Source of the DNA: Fimbriosthenelais zetlandica
Taxonomy: Eukaryota
NCBI GenBank assembly: GCA_977030845.1
Contig: OZ365116.1
Location: 20,646,001-20,710,000 of the forward strand
Reading direction: 5' to 3'
Length of the DNA: 64,000 bases
The notes under the pieces were generated by a model that ran no database searches, was not told the DNA's origin, and saw nothing but the letters and a program-made list of their open reading frames with translations. Below are positions 1 through 12,299 of the stretch, piece after piece. The position numbers and the translations under genes are program-made. Every line of letters starts with the position of its first letter. Position 1 is the first letter of the stretch.

Positions 1-278
1 CCTGTCACCAGGGAGGGGCTATCAATGGATGAATCTTGTAGTATTATCCCAAAAAATAAGACCCCACAATGATAGGGGAGATTGGTCTCATGGTTCATGA
101 CCATCAAGCAATAGGGCTTATGTTCTGATTGTCTGACCAGATAACGATATGAAATGTACAATGGTTTAATCAGATGATTGTTCAAAATACTTCATACACC
201 CCCAACCACCCACAAAGATTATGAGTGGGTAGGTTAATGTATAGATAATTCATTTCAGTCCATGTCACAGGTGCCTAC

Positions 279-326
279 CTTTTCACAGAGGCCCTTGTAT
301 TTCCAAATCTGTTGATCCTCGACTTG
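279..326 (-). CDS. rdgA: 48-nt symmetric (phase 2-2) internal exon, KSRINRFGNTRASVK(R)
   Basis: Acceptor ...tataacgttacag|C, donor AAG|gtaggc, length a multiple of 3, open in the phase set by upstream exons. It is also open in phase 0. Confidence 0.55.
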
Positions 327-2345
327 CTGTAACGTTATATACGAGGTTAATAAAACAGCAATATAAACTACATCTCTGTCCAATTTAGGTATTTTAAATT
401 CAGATCATTATAGGAAATAGAGTATGAACATTTTGAATAAATATATTTGAATACATTTTGATATCAAACTGAAGGAATCGGATATATAATCATGTTTTAC
501 TATTGTATGGTAGGTACAGAATTTTATCTTGAAATTGAAGATTCATTTAGGTATAATATGCAATTAAAACTTTAGGATACCAGTTAGTCATCCAATTAAT
601 AATATACCCAATTAATAAATTTCCAAAGCCACCCATCAGCATTGTTATGTTAGATGTGAGATATTATTTGTGACCCCGATCACCATTTAGATGGTAATAC
701 AAGTCAAGAGAATTGGAAAATTAAACTCAAATTCGATTCACCAGGTTATAATATTCAGATTAAAATAATTGGTTGCTAATCCTATGTGATTTGGATTGTT
801 TCTTAGCAAGATTCCATTTGCATTTTCTTGAGGTAAAAGTGGGGTCAAAATGCTCCATATTATGTACAAGTAGTTTCAATAGTTGATGTGCAAAACTCCA
901 GGGCAATTATGGTATAAGAGAGGCTTATTGCATCAGCAGGCAAAGATTAAAAGCAAAGAAAACCCTGCCAGCACAGAAATCTCCGGTACTTGCGGTTCAA
1001 GTCAGAATATACATTAAGAGCCAGTGTTTAAATATGCCGGACATGAACTGGTCAAGAACTGGGCTAGGACTCAACAGGACCAGCAGCTCAAATGCTCAAA
1101 TTTATAAAGAACCCATACTCCATGACACTGGTATATCCATCAGCAATTAGCCGCCTTGTTGAAGCTTTTAACTTCAGGCCTTCATACAAACAATGACCAC
1201 ACTGCCCCCTTGATGACCTCAGAAGAGCAGTCAAATTAGTAGTAGTTTGGCAGGTGTTGTCAGCGGCTAGGTATGGCACTATAATTACTGGAGGTGCTAA
1301 CTTGGCGGTCAGTCTTAGTCAAAATACGTGGTTGTAATCAGCAGGAGAAGGGAAAGGATCAATCAATAAGCCTACACGGAATCTGAGTCAGTGCCCAGTT
1401 CACTGTTATATGAACTGTCCACATAAATCATCGTGTTTTAAGCATGGCTGACTCAGTAGAACTTTCTGGTAGTAAAGATTGATTACATGTCGTTGGCATA
1501 TATGGATCCCAGAATGGTACGAGGCTATCAAGGGAATGGTATCCATCTAATATCCTGTAATTTTGGGTTTGGATAAAACCAATATATCAGACGAAATGAT
1601 CAGTTTAACAATGATTGAAAAGATTTTCAGGAAAAAGCGGAGAGAGGGACGGCAAGATAATATGAAAGGGGCAATAGATACCCGAATGGCTTAAGGATTT
1701 AAAGGAAAAGAACATTTATTTGTTCTTATATGCTGGAAGAATCAATATAACAGATCTCCGGGAAGTAGAGTAACCTCCTTCAGAAATAGAAGAGGATAGA
1801 AAAGTAAGAACAAGGAGAATGAGCAACTCATAGCAGGTCTACACAAAAGACTTTCATCTTCCAATTAGTGAACCTCGATAGACCGGCTCACAGATACACT
1901 GTATACTCTAGTCAGGGGAGCACGGCTTTGATATCTAAGCCCATCTCTACAGAGCTTTAATAAGGAGAATGCTCACAGTCTGACAGTCACTATGTCAGCC
2001 CGCTGTTTAACACCTTAACAATATTAATATATATCATCCCAGGCCAACGTTAACTTTGAAGACCAACTGAGGAAGTGTACACCAAAGACAATGTGACCAA
2101 AAGAGTGAAAGGCATTCCAGTCAGAAGCATACTGATATGAAGAGCATTCTGCTTTATACCTAGATATGGAAAATAAATAACCAGCGCAATGTTGTCAGCA
2201 ATTATCTCATGCACATGTACATATCCGGTGCTGAATCATTAACTGAATGGCAAGGCAAGAAGTGTTGATTAGTAAAGCATCATCAGCAAAATAAGACAAA
2301 TCACCACCTGGCTACCACAAGCAAGACCTCGGGAGAGTTACTCAC

Positions 2346-2408
2346 CCATCCAGGAGTGGACGGCTCAAATCGGAGACCGAATTCTTGCGTCCGGTCGGGA
2401 AGCGTGCA
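2346..2408 (-). CDS. rdgA: 63-nt symmetric (phase 2-2) internal exon, (S)ARFPTGRKNSVSDLSRPLLD(G)
   Basis: Acceptor ...gttgttgacgtttgtag|T, strong donor GG|gtgagt, CpG-richer than flanks, open frame with an RKxS basophilic site. Confidence 0.6.
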
Positions 2409-3308
2409 CTACAAACGTCAACAACACAAATATCTAAGTATTATAACCCAAAATAATAACAAGCTTGAGGGAAGGTTTGTGTGAAGCAGAGTTTCTTTAG
2501 GTATATTTAGGTGCGGGTTTGGCAAGAGGATAGGGGAAAGGATGAGGTGGACACTCAAAAAACTGTTTCATTATACTTTCCAAAAATTGTCATTGGAAGG
2601 GAAACACTAGGAAGCATGGTATTTTAATGGTCAAAAGGGCCGAAATAGGACACGGGGAATTCGGCTGTGTGAGGGCTATGAAAACATTAGGGAAAAAATG
2701 CATAAAAATATCTATTTAAAAGCATTGGTACTACAAACTAATCTATTAAGAATATATTTAAAATTTGATATTCAATACAATCTATAAAGCATTTACCGGA
2801 TATCGCTCTATGACATTTAACATTTCCAACCGTTTTAACCATTAAAATTACACGAAATACTCAACAATCCACAAGTGAATGTGAAGGGTTAAGATGCAGG
2901 AGTCATACTCAACACCTACATCCAGAAAGAGTGCAAGTCAATAGGACAAGACTAATGTTGCAAATGATGAGGAAAACATGTTGCAACATCAAATAGAAAG
3001 TCTAGTAAGGCATTTCTACGACTGTGGAGAATAAGCCGATATGGAGTAAACAATGAGGCAACTGAAGCCTTCCTATTTGCCATACAGTTTATATATTCAT
3101 TACCTTTGTTTGCATGACAGGTTCAAAGAGGCTGCTGTCAAGGTTAAGATTAGATTTCTGACGTGCCTAATGTATAGATTGTATAATCGCTACCCTGGAT
3201 GAGGCATAAATAAACATGGACATCATTTCCAACGTTGGTTTGCACCGATGAATACTCATACATACGTATACATCAGAGAAGGCTGTGCCCTATGTTGGAA
3301 ACCTGCCA

Positions 3309-3349
3309 CCCAACCCCCACAAGCACCCCCAACCCCCACCAGCACCCCC
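3309..3349 (+). repeat. C-rich imperfect tandem repeat, about 19-bp period, two copies
   Basis: cccaacccccacaagcac is followed by cccaacccccaccagcac. This explains the Pro/Thr-rich spurious plus-strand ORFs here. Confidence 0.7.
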
Positions 3350-3549
3350 ATCCCTCTGTCAAACACAGGTATAACCCACCTCAATCTACCCCAGTCTTTT
3401 CCCAATCCATCTCACCCACCCTCAATACACATACACAATTCCTTCAGGTGGGGGCAATCAATATTTTTCCTTCAGTCTATAGCAACTGCTGACAATAGGC
3501 CATAGTGGAGGGTAAACACCGCCCCAGCTATAGTCCAATGCGTCCCTAC

Positions 3550-3806
3550 ATAGACAGGTGGCCAACAAAGGCCCATGGTGTCAATGGAACGCACCCACTC
3601 TCTCTCCCATAGCTCAGACCTAAGCTGCTGTCAATGAAGGCTGAAGCGGGACCTGGGGCGGGTTTTGTGTGCAGGGATAAAGCTGGTATCAACTGGTCAA
3701 TGAATGGCTGTACTGGAGGCAATAGTGGCATACATGTATGTTGCTGGAGGTGTGAGTAGTGTATAGGAATGCACATTTGCCACTGGCCATTCCACAAAAA
3801 GGACAT
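3550..3806 (-). CDS. weak candidate alternative first exon (MSFLWNGQWQMCIPIH...VGHLS, phase 2)
   Basis: agccATG context and 85 open codons ending in AT|gtaggg in phase 2. The donor is weak and I recognise no homology. Confidence 0.25.
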
Positions 3807-6800
3807 GGCTTCAGGAGTAGATTAAAAATTTACAATATCATTAAAAACGTATATAAAACGAGGCGAAACATGAAGAACATTATGTGTCTAAAATGAGATT
3901 GGTAGAGAGAGTGCCAAAATGCCCTAATAGATGAAGTAATTTCTTCCGTCTATTACCCCTACCCCCTATCACCCTTACTACCAACACCTCACACTCGACA
4001 TCAAACCTACCAGGTACACAAAGTAAGGAAACCCTATCATAAATAGCACTGTACTCTATTGATGACCCATCGATTTGCCTCCATGGATGAGGGCAGGAAT
4101 AGCCCTCAAAGGGTCACTTGGTTGGCTTAGGGGGCAAGACACGCAAGCATCTTCAGTCGATACTGATTGAAGTAGACCTTGATGTGGAAAAGCGAGCCAC
4201 ATACGGAAAAAGTGGTATGCCCAAGTAAACACTTGCCCTTAGTAGAGCTCTCAGTGTGCGAGTGGAGCAGCTCAGGATGTGAGCATTGCATGAAGAGAGT
4301 CGCTCCCAACCATATCTCTTAATGGTGGCAATAGATAGTTAACATGGGGAGTAGAGTTGAGGAGCTGGAGCCCAGCTAAGTGCTCCCTCTAGTCAGTCAG
4401 ATCTATTTTCTCCGTCTTTACTCAGTGTCAGCTTGTGAGAAGGATCTCCAGCTCGGGGTTCAGAGAACGGGCACAAGCCTGCTCCTATACCAGACCTCGT
4501 CAATGCTTCTCATCAAGTGGATATTGAATGGTTTAACATTCAGCTATAGAAGGTTAACATGTTCATTCGATCAGGTTATCCATGTTTTCCTCTCAATCAA
4601 ATTCTTAAAAGAAAAGCAAATTACATGGGGAAAACATTCCCTGATTTAAGAATGTTGTAAGCAGGACAATGTAGGATGTTTGATAGTTTGGAGCACTGTT
4701 TTACAGTTACATGATTATGTAACACTGCAAATTACTCCAGGCCATTGATTCCACAAATTAATCGTACCAAGTAGTTCATCCTAGTGCCATCCCTGATTGG
4801 GATGGGCATACATGAGGTGTCTATAAATAGAAGGTAGGCAGTGACTTTTTAGCTGGGTGGGTAGCCAAGGTTGTGCTTGACAGCTTCTTGACCTAATCTG
4901 GCGGTTAGTGGCAAACTAATTGGTGTTTGATCCTGCCGTTAATTCCAACAAACACCTTCAGGAAATGTGAGCTAAATTTAGCAGGAATTCCAGACTATAA
5001 TTACTACTAACATAGACAGTTATCAGTTCTGATGTGAGGTAAGAGGCATTGACAACCAGTAAACTTCTCAACAACTCAATTTGTGCTAGATTAGAGATTG
5101 GGAAGCCACCATGAAAATATCGTACGCTGCTTTAAGTCTTCAGTATAGGAGGCAGCTAGGGTAGTCTAAACATTAATAAAGATCCCAAATAAGCACATAC
5201 TCATTAGCAACATATGTCGGTGATTAGTAAATTTAGTGGGGAAGCTCATGGGCAGACATGATTGAGACCACCCCTCTCTATAGAGTTATAAATACCAGCC
5301 AAGATAATCCCCACTACAGTCAGAAACTTAAGCCGGGATAATCTGTGCTGTAACAGTTAAACTTTAAAGACATTACACATTCAATCTGACTTGATTATCT
5401 ACCTTAAAACTGGGTGTATATTCCATTTATACATACAATCAGTGAACAGCTATCATTTTTTTCATACATGTACTCTAAAGCATCTGCTACGCTTGGGCCA
5501 TGACAAAAATAATACCAACAGCTTTACACAATCCATAATAGATGTAAATGATATTTCTTGCAGGGCAATGACCATATTTTTGTGCGCTGATGGGGCAAGA
5601 TGAAGGTTTAGATGTTTTATGTAACAGAATGTGCTATCACAGATGCACCTCATGTATGTAGATACTGTAATTGCGTGAGAGGAGCAGAAAGTAAAAGACA
5701 TGCAAGAGCACACTACATGGAGATCACCAGCACAATCATACACACCAGGGATTTCTTTCATCTTATAAATGATACATTCCATCTGCCTTTAATAGGCAGG
5801 AGCAGGCAGTGAGACGTGAATCCAGCCACACATGCCGTGTGTAGATTCTTTTTCTCCACATCATTAAATTTCCATGTGGACGGGGGCATCCTGATGGCAT
5901 CTCCCCGCCTTTGGAGTCAGACAGACGGAATCTCCTTCAATGGAATCTCCCTTTCATAGATGAAACAGATCATCACAGATAAAAAAATGTAGGTTCATGT
6001 CCCGTGGAAAAATAATGACACAACAAGGACCGTATAGCATCACTATATTAAGTTTTCACTTAATAATATTGTAAGAGATAGTCTCTCGTCGTGGAGGGTG
6101 AGATGGTTGTTTCAATGTTTCATCTAGGTGTCAGCAGACTGACAATCCGCCTAGAGCTGGTAATCAATGACAGGGACTCATTTATTGATCCGCTAAGTTT
6201 ATTAGATCTCAGTCAGAAATGGTGGCCTCAGTTTGTGGACTCCTCTCAAATATTTACTACCTGTGACGGAGGACTAACAAATGCTTTTCAACTCTGACTT
6301 TGAGGAAATTTGTCAAAGGGAGCAAGACGGCAATGTTCTGGCAATGCATGTAGCAATACAATAGACTTTTAAACGGTTACACTCAAATGTGAGCCTCCAC
6401 TTGGCACGCCTCTCAAAGCAAACTGTTTCTTTGAGATTCCATTTCAGCTACCAGTGGAAAAAGGGTTGCTCTGTTCAAAATGGGTGCCATGCATACAAAT
6501 GGTACATTGTAGAACATGTTAAATGGGTTGTAGACTGGCAGGCTTTTAGTCCCTCTGTCATGAATAATTCTTAAAATTGCTCAATTATTCACTTCATTCG
6601 GGCCGACACCAATTGGCGGGAGGAATGGCCTCATCGATTTCCCGTGGTTAATTTGATCAATCAGCAGCAGAACCTTAGTGGCTTGCTTCATGCCACGTAA
6701 AGCCAATTCTCACTGGTTAAATTTGTCATCATATCGGATGAGATGTGTGCAACTCATCACCAACTCTACCTTCTCTTGCTTTGTTCTGCTTCTTTTCTCC

Positions 6801-6902
6801 ATTGCTTATGATGGCAATGGTAAAGAGCATCCGTCCTCATGGTTTCTCTCACATGTTGGTCTCCATCACCAATGTGTGAAAGAAATAATATGTATAGGTT
6901 AC

Positions 6903-6964
6903 CTGCCCCAGGCATTCAGGGATAAAACTCCCCATATCAAAGTACATGCTATGTGATCCGTCAT
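6903..6964 (-). CDS. candidate alternative first exon MTDHIACTLIWGVLSLNAWG (phase 2)
   Basis: aaATG, 20 codons plus AG, good donor CAG|gtaacc, phase matches the downstream exons. Confidence 0.3.
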
Positions 6965-7991
6965 TTACTGTCGACTAGTCTTCTGTACGCACACTTTCAA
7001 CATAAAAACATTGTACACAAAAACTACCCCAGCCATATAAGAAACTGTGTTGGTAATGACACCTTTGCCTCACAGCTAGCATTTGCATTATTTTATAAAA
7101 TACAAAGTGATCATCGTGGTATTAGATATCCGTTAGAGAGACGTGCTTCATCAGTAAAAATGAAGTGAAGCTGCACAGTCTTAAAATACAATCATGGCGT
7201 ATCAATAATGTAGCATTGTGTCATCTGATACTGGCGTAAAATGACATGTGGGACATAAAACTACATTACACCGCTATACGTCCTCAACAACATCGATTAT
7301 AGATGAGATGGAAGAAAAATACAGATGGTATAGAATAGTAAGGAAGACTTTATGTTAGGACTTAGAGAAGTTAGATCAATGTGAATGAGGAGCAATAGAT
7401 CTATCTGGTTAGTACTGACAAAAATGTAACAAATGTCTTGTATTAAGCAGACTCCTCTCCACCCGATCAATCACACCACTTTCAATCCTCTCAGTTACTT
7501 GACTCTGATGTTTTGCAGAACTCTCATCCAGAAGAGTTTTGAGGTATACACCAAGCATATTTGCTTCCTGTATCATAATGAAAAAATAAACGAATGGAGC
7601 ATGTTTTAGTCTTGAGAGGATTAGAAACCTGTCATATTATGAGCTACCATTGGATTTTGACAAGCCCCAGGTTTCAATCAGATGATATGGCGTTAATAAA
7701 TGAGTGAAAACATCCGCCAGGACTAAGAAGCCAAACTAAGGCCATCCAGGAAGGTTATCTCCTCTCTTCATTTCCACTAATTGATGGTATTCGATTAAGA
7801 CAGAAACTAAACATCAGGCTGACTGCGAATAAACAGGACGAGCCAGTCCACAGTCTGAATGAGGAGCCAAGAATGAAGGTATAAAATCTGGGCCACATCA
7901 TGGATAGCCCTGTGCCCGTCAGTCTCCGTCTTATAGATAACAACATGAGGGTCAGCTTGAGCGCAGGTCTAATATATATCATCATAAAGCA

Positions 7992-8164
7992 GGGGAATAA
8001 TCCACTTTATTCCCCCCTCGCGTATCACTGAAGGGAGGGGAAATAAGCCCTTATAAAAGCTTCCTGCCCGGGAATCAGCGCAACAATAAAGATTGATAAC
8101 GCCCGTCCCGCAACCAATCACCCCAAATCGTATTGATTTTCAAGCAATATGGGTTGTGACGTGG
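7992..8164. promoter_or_regulatory. promoter/enhancer-like motif cluster
   Basis: TGACGTGG at 8157-8164, CCAAT at 8114-8118, TATA-like ttataaaa at 8051-8058, and a 9-bp hairpin ggggaataa/ttattcccc at 7992-8015, in a locally CpG-rich stretch. Confidence 0.3.
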
Positions 8165-9920
8165 CAAGGGTGGGGATTGTGTTTTTTTCTGGCCTGGGTT
8201 TGTTTTTTCCCAGGGAAGCATCTTACACGGTAGCTTCTTCACCACACTAGGAGTGTCACACGGTTGCCGATGGTGGCATGAAACAGAGGGTGATGGATGT
8301 AATCAAGGTGGCTGATGCCAACTTGGCAAGTGATTAATCCTGTGGTAGGGGCTGAAGCATAGCTTGTCGGAACAATGATCAGAGTGGGTGTGGCAAGTAA
8401 GATGGATAGTGGCGAGCTAGTAAGTGGCTCCACTCTCCCTCCCAGCTACTGTCCTTGTTAAGGGAATACAACCTCATTTGTTGATCCATCTGCTCAGAAT
8501 CTCAATGGGGCATAATGGTAAGGGATAGATAAGATGTAAGAGTAGGGGGTGATTCAATGTCCCTAACCTACAAACTTTCTTCAGTTACTTACAGTAACTC
8601 CTTAGAGACAGGAAATTAACCCGGTTAAGTATATAATATGCCAGCTGATATGAGAAATCAATTGAAGTCGTCGAGGATGAGGCATTCATGGCAAGGGAAA
8701 TGAGCCACAAATTGGCATATATTCACAGCATATCTAGCTGGTGTTAAAAGCCATCTTGTGTTGCCTTTCATGATACAATACTAGCTATGACACAGCTAGT
8801 ATTGTAACAGGAAGGCCAACAGTGAAAGGGATGTGCGTCTTCCGCCCACCTCTACTCAAGGCAGGACCCTGGATCACCTGGCAGCTTCCTGTGGCCCTCC
8901 ACACATCATTCTCCTGTCATTAGTCCAGTTATCCACCTCGCTCTCATGCCATGTCATCATCAAAGACAGGCAGTGCAGGCTGGTAAAGGGCGGGCTTTAT
9001 ACCAGTCTCAGCTTCCAATTAACTGCCACCGGATCACTGTCAAGCGTATCTCTGGTGTGAAGGGGAATCTATTAGCGGGCACTTTCTCACTGACTAACCC
9101 TGATGAGCATTTAATCCCTGTGTGCAATCTCCCATAGGTGACGCACATCTACCTCTTTGAGCTTTTATATTATATAATAAACCTCACAACACTCCAATTA
9201 TAATGTCATCACATGACATAATGAATAGAGAAGTCCATGACATAGGTCACTAAAGGTCTGGATAAAGAACAACCTACATTGAGGATGGCCTGGGAACTTC
9301 ATGGTAGCAAACACTCGGAGCTCATGGGATGAAGATAAATTGTGATGTAAACAGTGGCGAGAGTTATCCCAATGCTCTCAGTAGATTGTACATCGCCAAC
9401 TTCTCAGGTGCTTTTAGGCTAAATGAGAAGTGAAGCTCATATAGGTTATAAAGTGATTTATCAGACGATGGCCTCGTACCAGACCCTCGTACAAGCCTAT
9501 AGAAAGCTTGATATAGAGATGGATACTGCACTAAAGGCTCCAATGAATTGCCCATTCCTTAGTCTATTTGCCACAAATTGCTCCACCAATTGATTATTTG
9601 TCCAGTGAAGATTAATATTGCAGTCAGGCAACGGAAGAGATGTGTTTCTACTGGGCGAGCCTTGCCTGAGGCCTGCGTGGATGAACATCGACCGAGTCAA
9701 TCTCCCCTGAGCTAGATTCACTACATCTCTCCACAGGCAGGCTACTCTTCTCAGCCTATTTTGACATCATTCAACGAAATCTTCCTGCATCTACTGAACC
9801 TACTATACTTCCCATGTCTCATATCTCTATGTCTAAACCTTTCCTTCCTGCTCTGCTTCCCAGCTCACCTCACACCTATCACCATCACCTCTTTGTCCTT
9901 CAAGCTATACATGTATGTAC

Positions 9921-9937
9921 TATATATATATATATAT
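9921..9937 (+). repeat. (TA)8 microsatellite
   Basis: tatatatatatatatat. Confidence 0.85.
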
Positions 9938-10197
9938 GCTTATGTCGGCAAGGGACCAAATTTTGCTAAGGTAGAAGGCCAACAGCAAGCTATATACCTG
10001 TCAAAAATCCAATTTGAGCAGGTATATAACCTAGTCTAATTAAAAAACGTAGAAACCAGTGTTCTTAAATGTGGCAATTCAATATTGTGAATCACAAATA
10101 CAATATATGAACACAAAGCATGGACAATAGACAACAATAAGACAATGTTAATGAAAGGTAAAAAAAGATGTCAACATGAGGGTGAGCATGAGTTTAC

Positions 10198-11332
10198 CTG
10201 TCCTCTGCTTTGGTAGTTGTAATTGCTTTATAATGTGATGTTTCTGGGGTAGGAAGGGCAACATCCACTGATGAAGACCGGGGTTGTTTAGGTACGTCCA
10301 ACATACCAGGGTCAAAGGAACCCCGGCGCTCTTCCATGATGTTTCCACCAACAGAGAGATATGCGGCATCCATGGAAGATGAGCGCGGTTTCCATAGAGG
10401 CACTGTTAGGGTGACAACACTACAGCCTTCTTCCTCACTGGGGTCTCTAGATAACTCAGCTGGTGATAACACACCTGAATCCCGGTCAGGAGGTGGGGTC
10501 AAGGCCAGCTTTACATGACACCCACTAACACCAGCTTCTGAATCATCGTCATCCGAATCCTCGCTGCTCAGGTCATCATCCAGCGAGTCGTACGTGAAAC
10601 TTGAAATGCGCATTTTGTTCAGGTCAAATTTATTGTCCCCCGGAGATGTGGGTGAGGTCTCCTGGCTGGAGGCATTCAACGCCTCGAGGTGAACACAGTG
10701 TATGCACAACCGGGGGATCTCCAGCGACTTCCTCCGGTAGTACTTGGGTAAGGCGAGGAAGAATGAAGAGGATGTCTCCTTATCAGAAACATACTCCTCA
10801 GAACTGTATGAAGCATCAAATGACTTGGAACGATACGTTTCAGGCACAGCCAAAGTACAATCTACCTCTCCAGGTCCATCGTGGTGAAGTGTGCTGGTGT
10901 CGAAGCTGGAGGATCGTATCCGGGGTAGATGGGGCACCTCTAGGCTGTTGGAAGATGACATTGGGGGTGCTCTATGTTTGGGGGTTGGGGGTAGCTGCGG
11001 ACCACCCTCCATGGTTATACAGGGCTCGTGGTAGGACCGGTTACTACTACCAGTACTACTGGCAGGACTGTCGGCCGGTGTGGAGGTGGAGGGACTGGGT
11101 TGTTGGGGAGAAGGCCCTCCAGGGTAGGTGTCCATGCACGTTCCCGTGCTAGTGACTGTCACAACAGTTCCCTCTGACTCCTGCTGCCCACCCAGGCTGA
11201 GGCTGGAGTCTACAGGTGGAACCTCGGTCCTCTTCTGTCGTGACAGACACAGCTTTGGAATGTCGAATGACGGGGAGCGGGAGCGGGCCTTCTTGAAGAG
11301 ATTCATCTTGGAGTTGGACGCAACCATGTAGG
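10198..11332 (-). CDS. rdgA: large 1135-nt exon encoding the rdgA-like disordered N-terminal regulatory region of the DGK (phase 1 to phase 2)
   Basis: 377-aa ORF 11327-10194. Acceptor tcttttcactttttaag|CCTACATG at 11333/11332. Donor GACAG|gtaaac at 10198/10197, and the ORF stop lies inside the donor. rdgA-like motifs: CIHC, RSSSVD, YKAI. Confidence 0.9.
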
Positions 11333-12299
11333 CTTAAAAAAGTGAAAAGACATGTTATAGTTATCATCATCATAAACTGACTGTATACCCTGAACTGTAA
11401 TGGAAGTGGTGGCTTCAAAGGAATATGAATACCTGTGGACTAATCACCATGTGAATGATGGTGGACCCAGAAAGAAAGATTCAAAACAATCTGTAACAAA
11501 AACACTTCATCCTCACTCTAACATTCCCGGTCAAATAAACCTGACAAGGAGGACAAGTGGTCATCTATTCTTCCAGTGAGCAGCTGATCCAGAAATAATT
11601 GTATTGTGAATGTTGGGATTAGTGTGATCGAGCCTTCACAACCACTATGCATGTTGAGTAAATCCCCTATCAATGTACTATCCCCGCAACTCTTTACAAT
11701 CACTCAACTAAGCTCTTATGATTTACTGGACCAGCGACTGACCAAATAAAGCCGTATTCTGGTCAGAGTAATAAAGCCAAGGCCATATAAAACTGAATAC
11801 AAATATCGACCCTTGGGATGCATATTAGGAACTACAACAATTGCAACAAAACTTTCCTCGCTCAGGGCTTTGAATCGAGCATATTCAGGGGTCTTGCGTA
11901 GGATGTTTTTTGTTTGGTGCATACATACTTGTCATGTCACAGCGAGAATTGACAATTCTGACATACCCCAGGGAGGCTGCAGCCTTATACATTGTTAGTA
12001 GTGAATCAATACTGATATGGGAGATTGGTCCTTCTAAGCCTAGAGCCAGATTGGTGCATACTCTGACTGACTATATACATGTCAGCTGATATTGAGACAG
12101 GCTATTACGTCTAGAGTTACTATGTCTTCAGCTTAGGCAGGACAACACGAGAGGACCAGCCTTCAAAAGATAGCTGGTATAGGGTCCATGGCAAATGGAA
12201 GTAGGGCTAAGTAATACAAAAATATAGTCTTTGCTGAAAACAATGGGTATGCTAAAAATGGCAATGGTTTAACAAGTTCAACCAAAGCAGACTGCTTAC

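Noticed and set aside
1088-1279. ORF containing RGQCGHC, superficially like the DGK C1b GKCxxC
   Set aside because: No upstream HHWVH, no remaining C1 Cys/His ligands, no splice sites framing it, and C1a would have to come first.
4821-4830. MEF2-consensus CTATAAATAG (also at 61123-61132)
   Set aside because: AT-rich 10-mers are expected by chance in this composition, and there is no supporting context.
8239-8433. Minus-strand ORF ending TG|gtgaag in phase 2
   Set aside because: It starts at GTG with no ATG and has a weak donor. ORFs ending NNG-TGA/TAA mimic phase-2 donors by chance.
10601-11152. 183-aa plus-strand ORF and other ORFs overlapping the large exon
   Set aside because: Antisense shadows of the GC-rich coding exon, with no recognisable domain.
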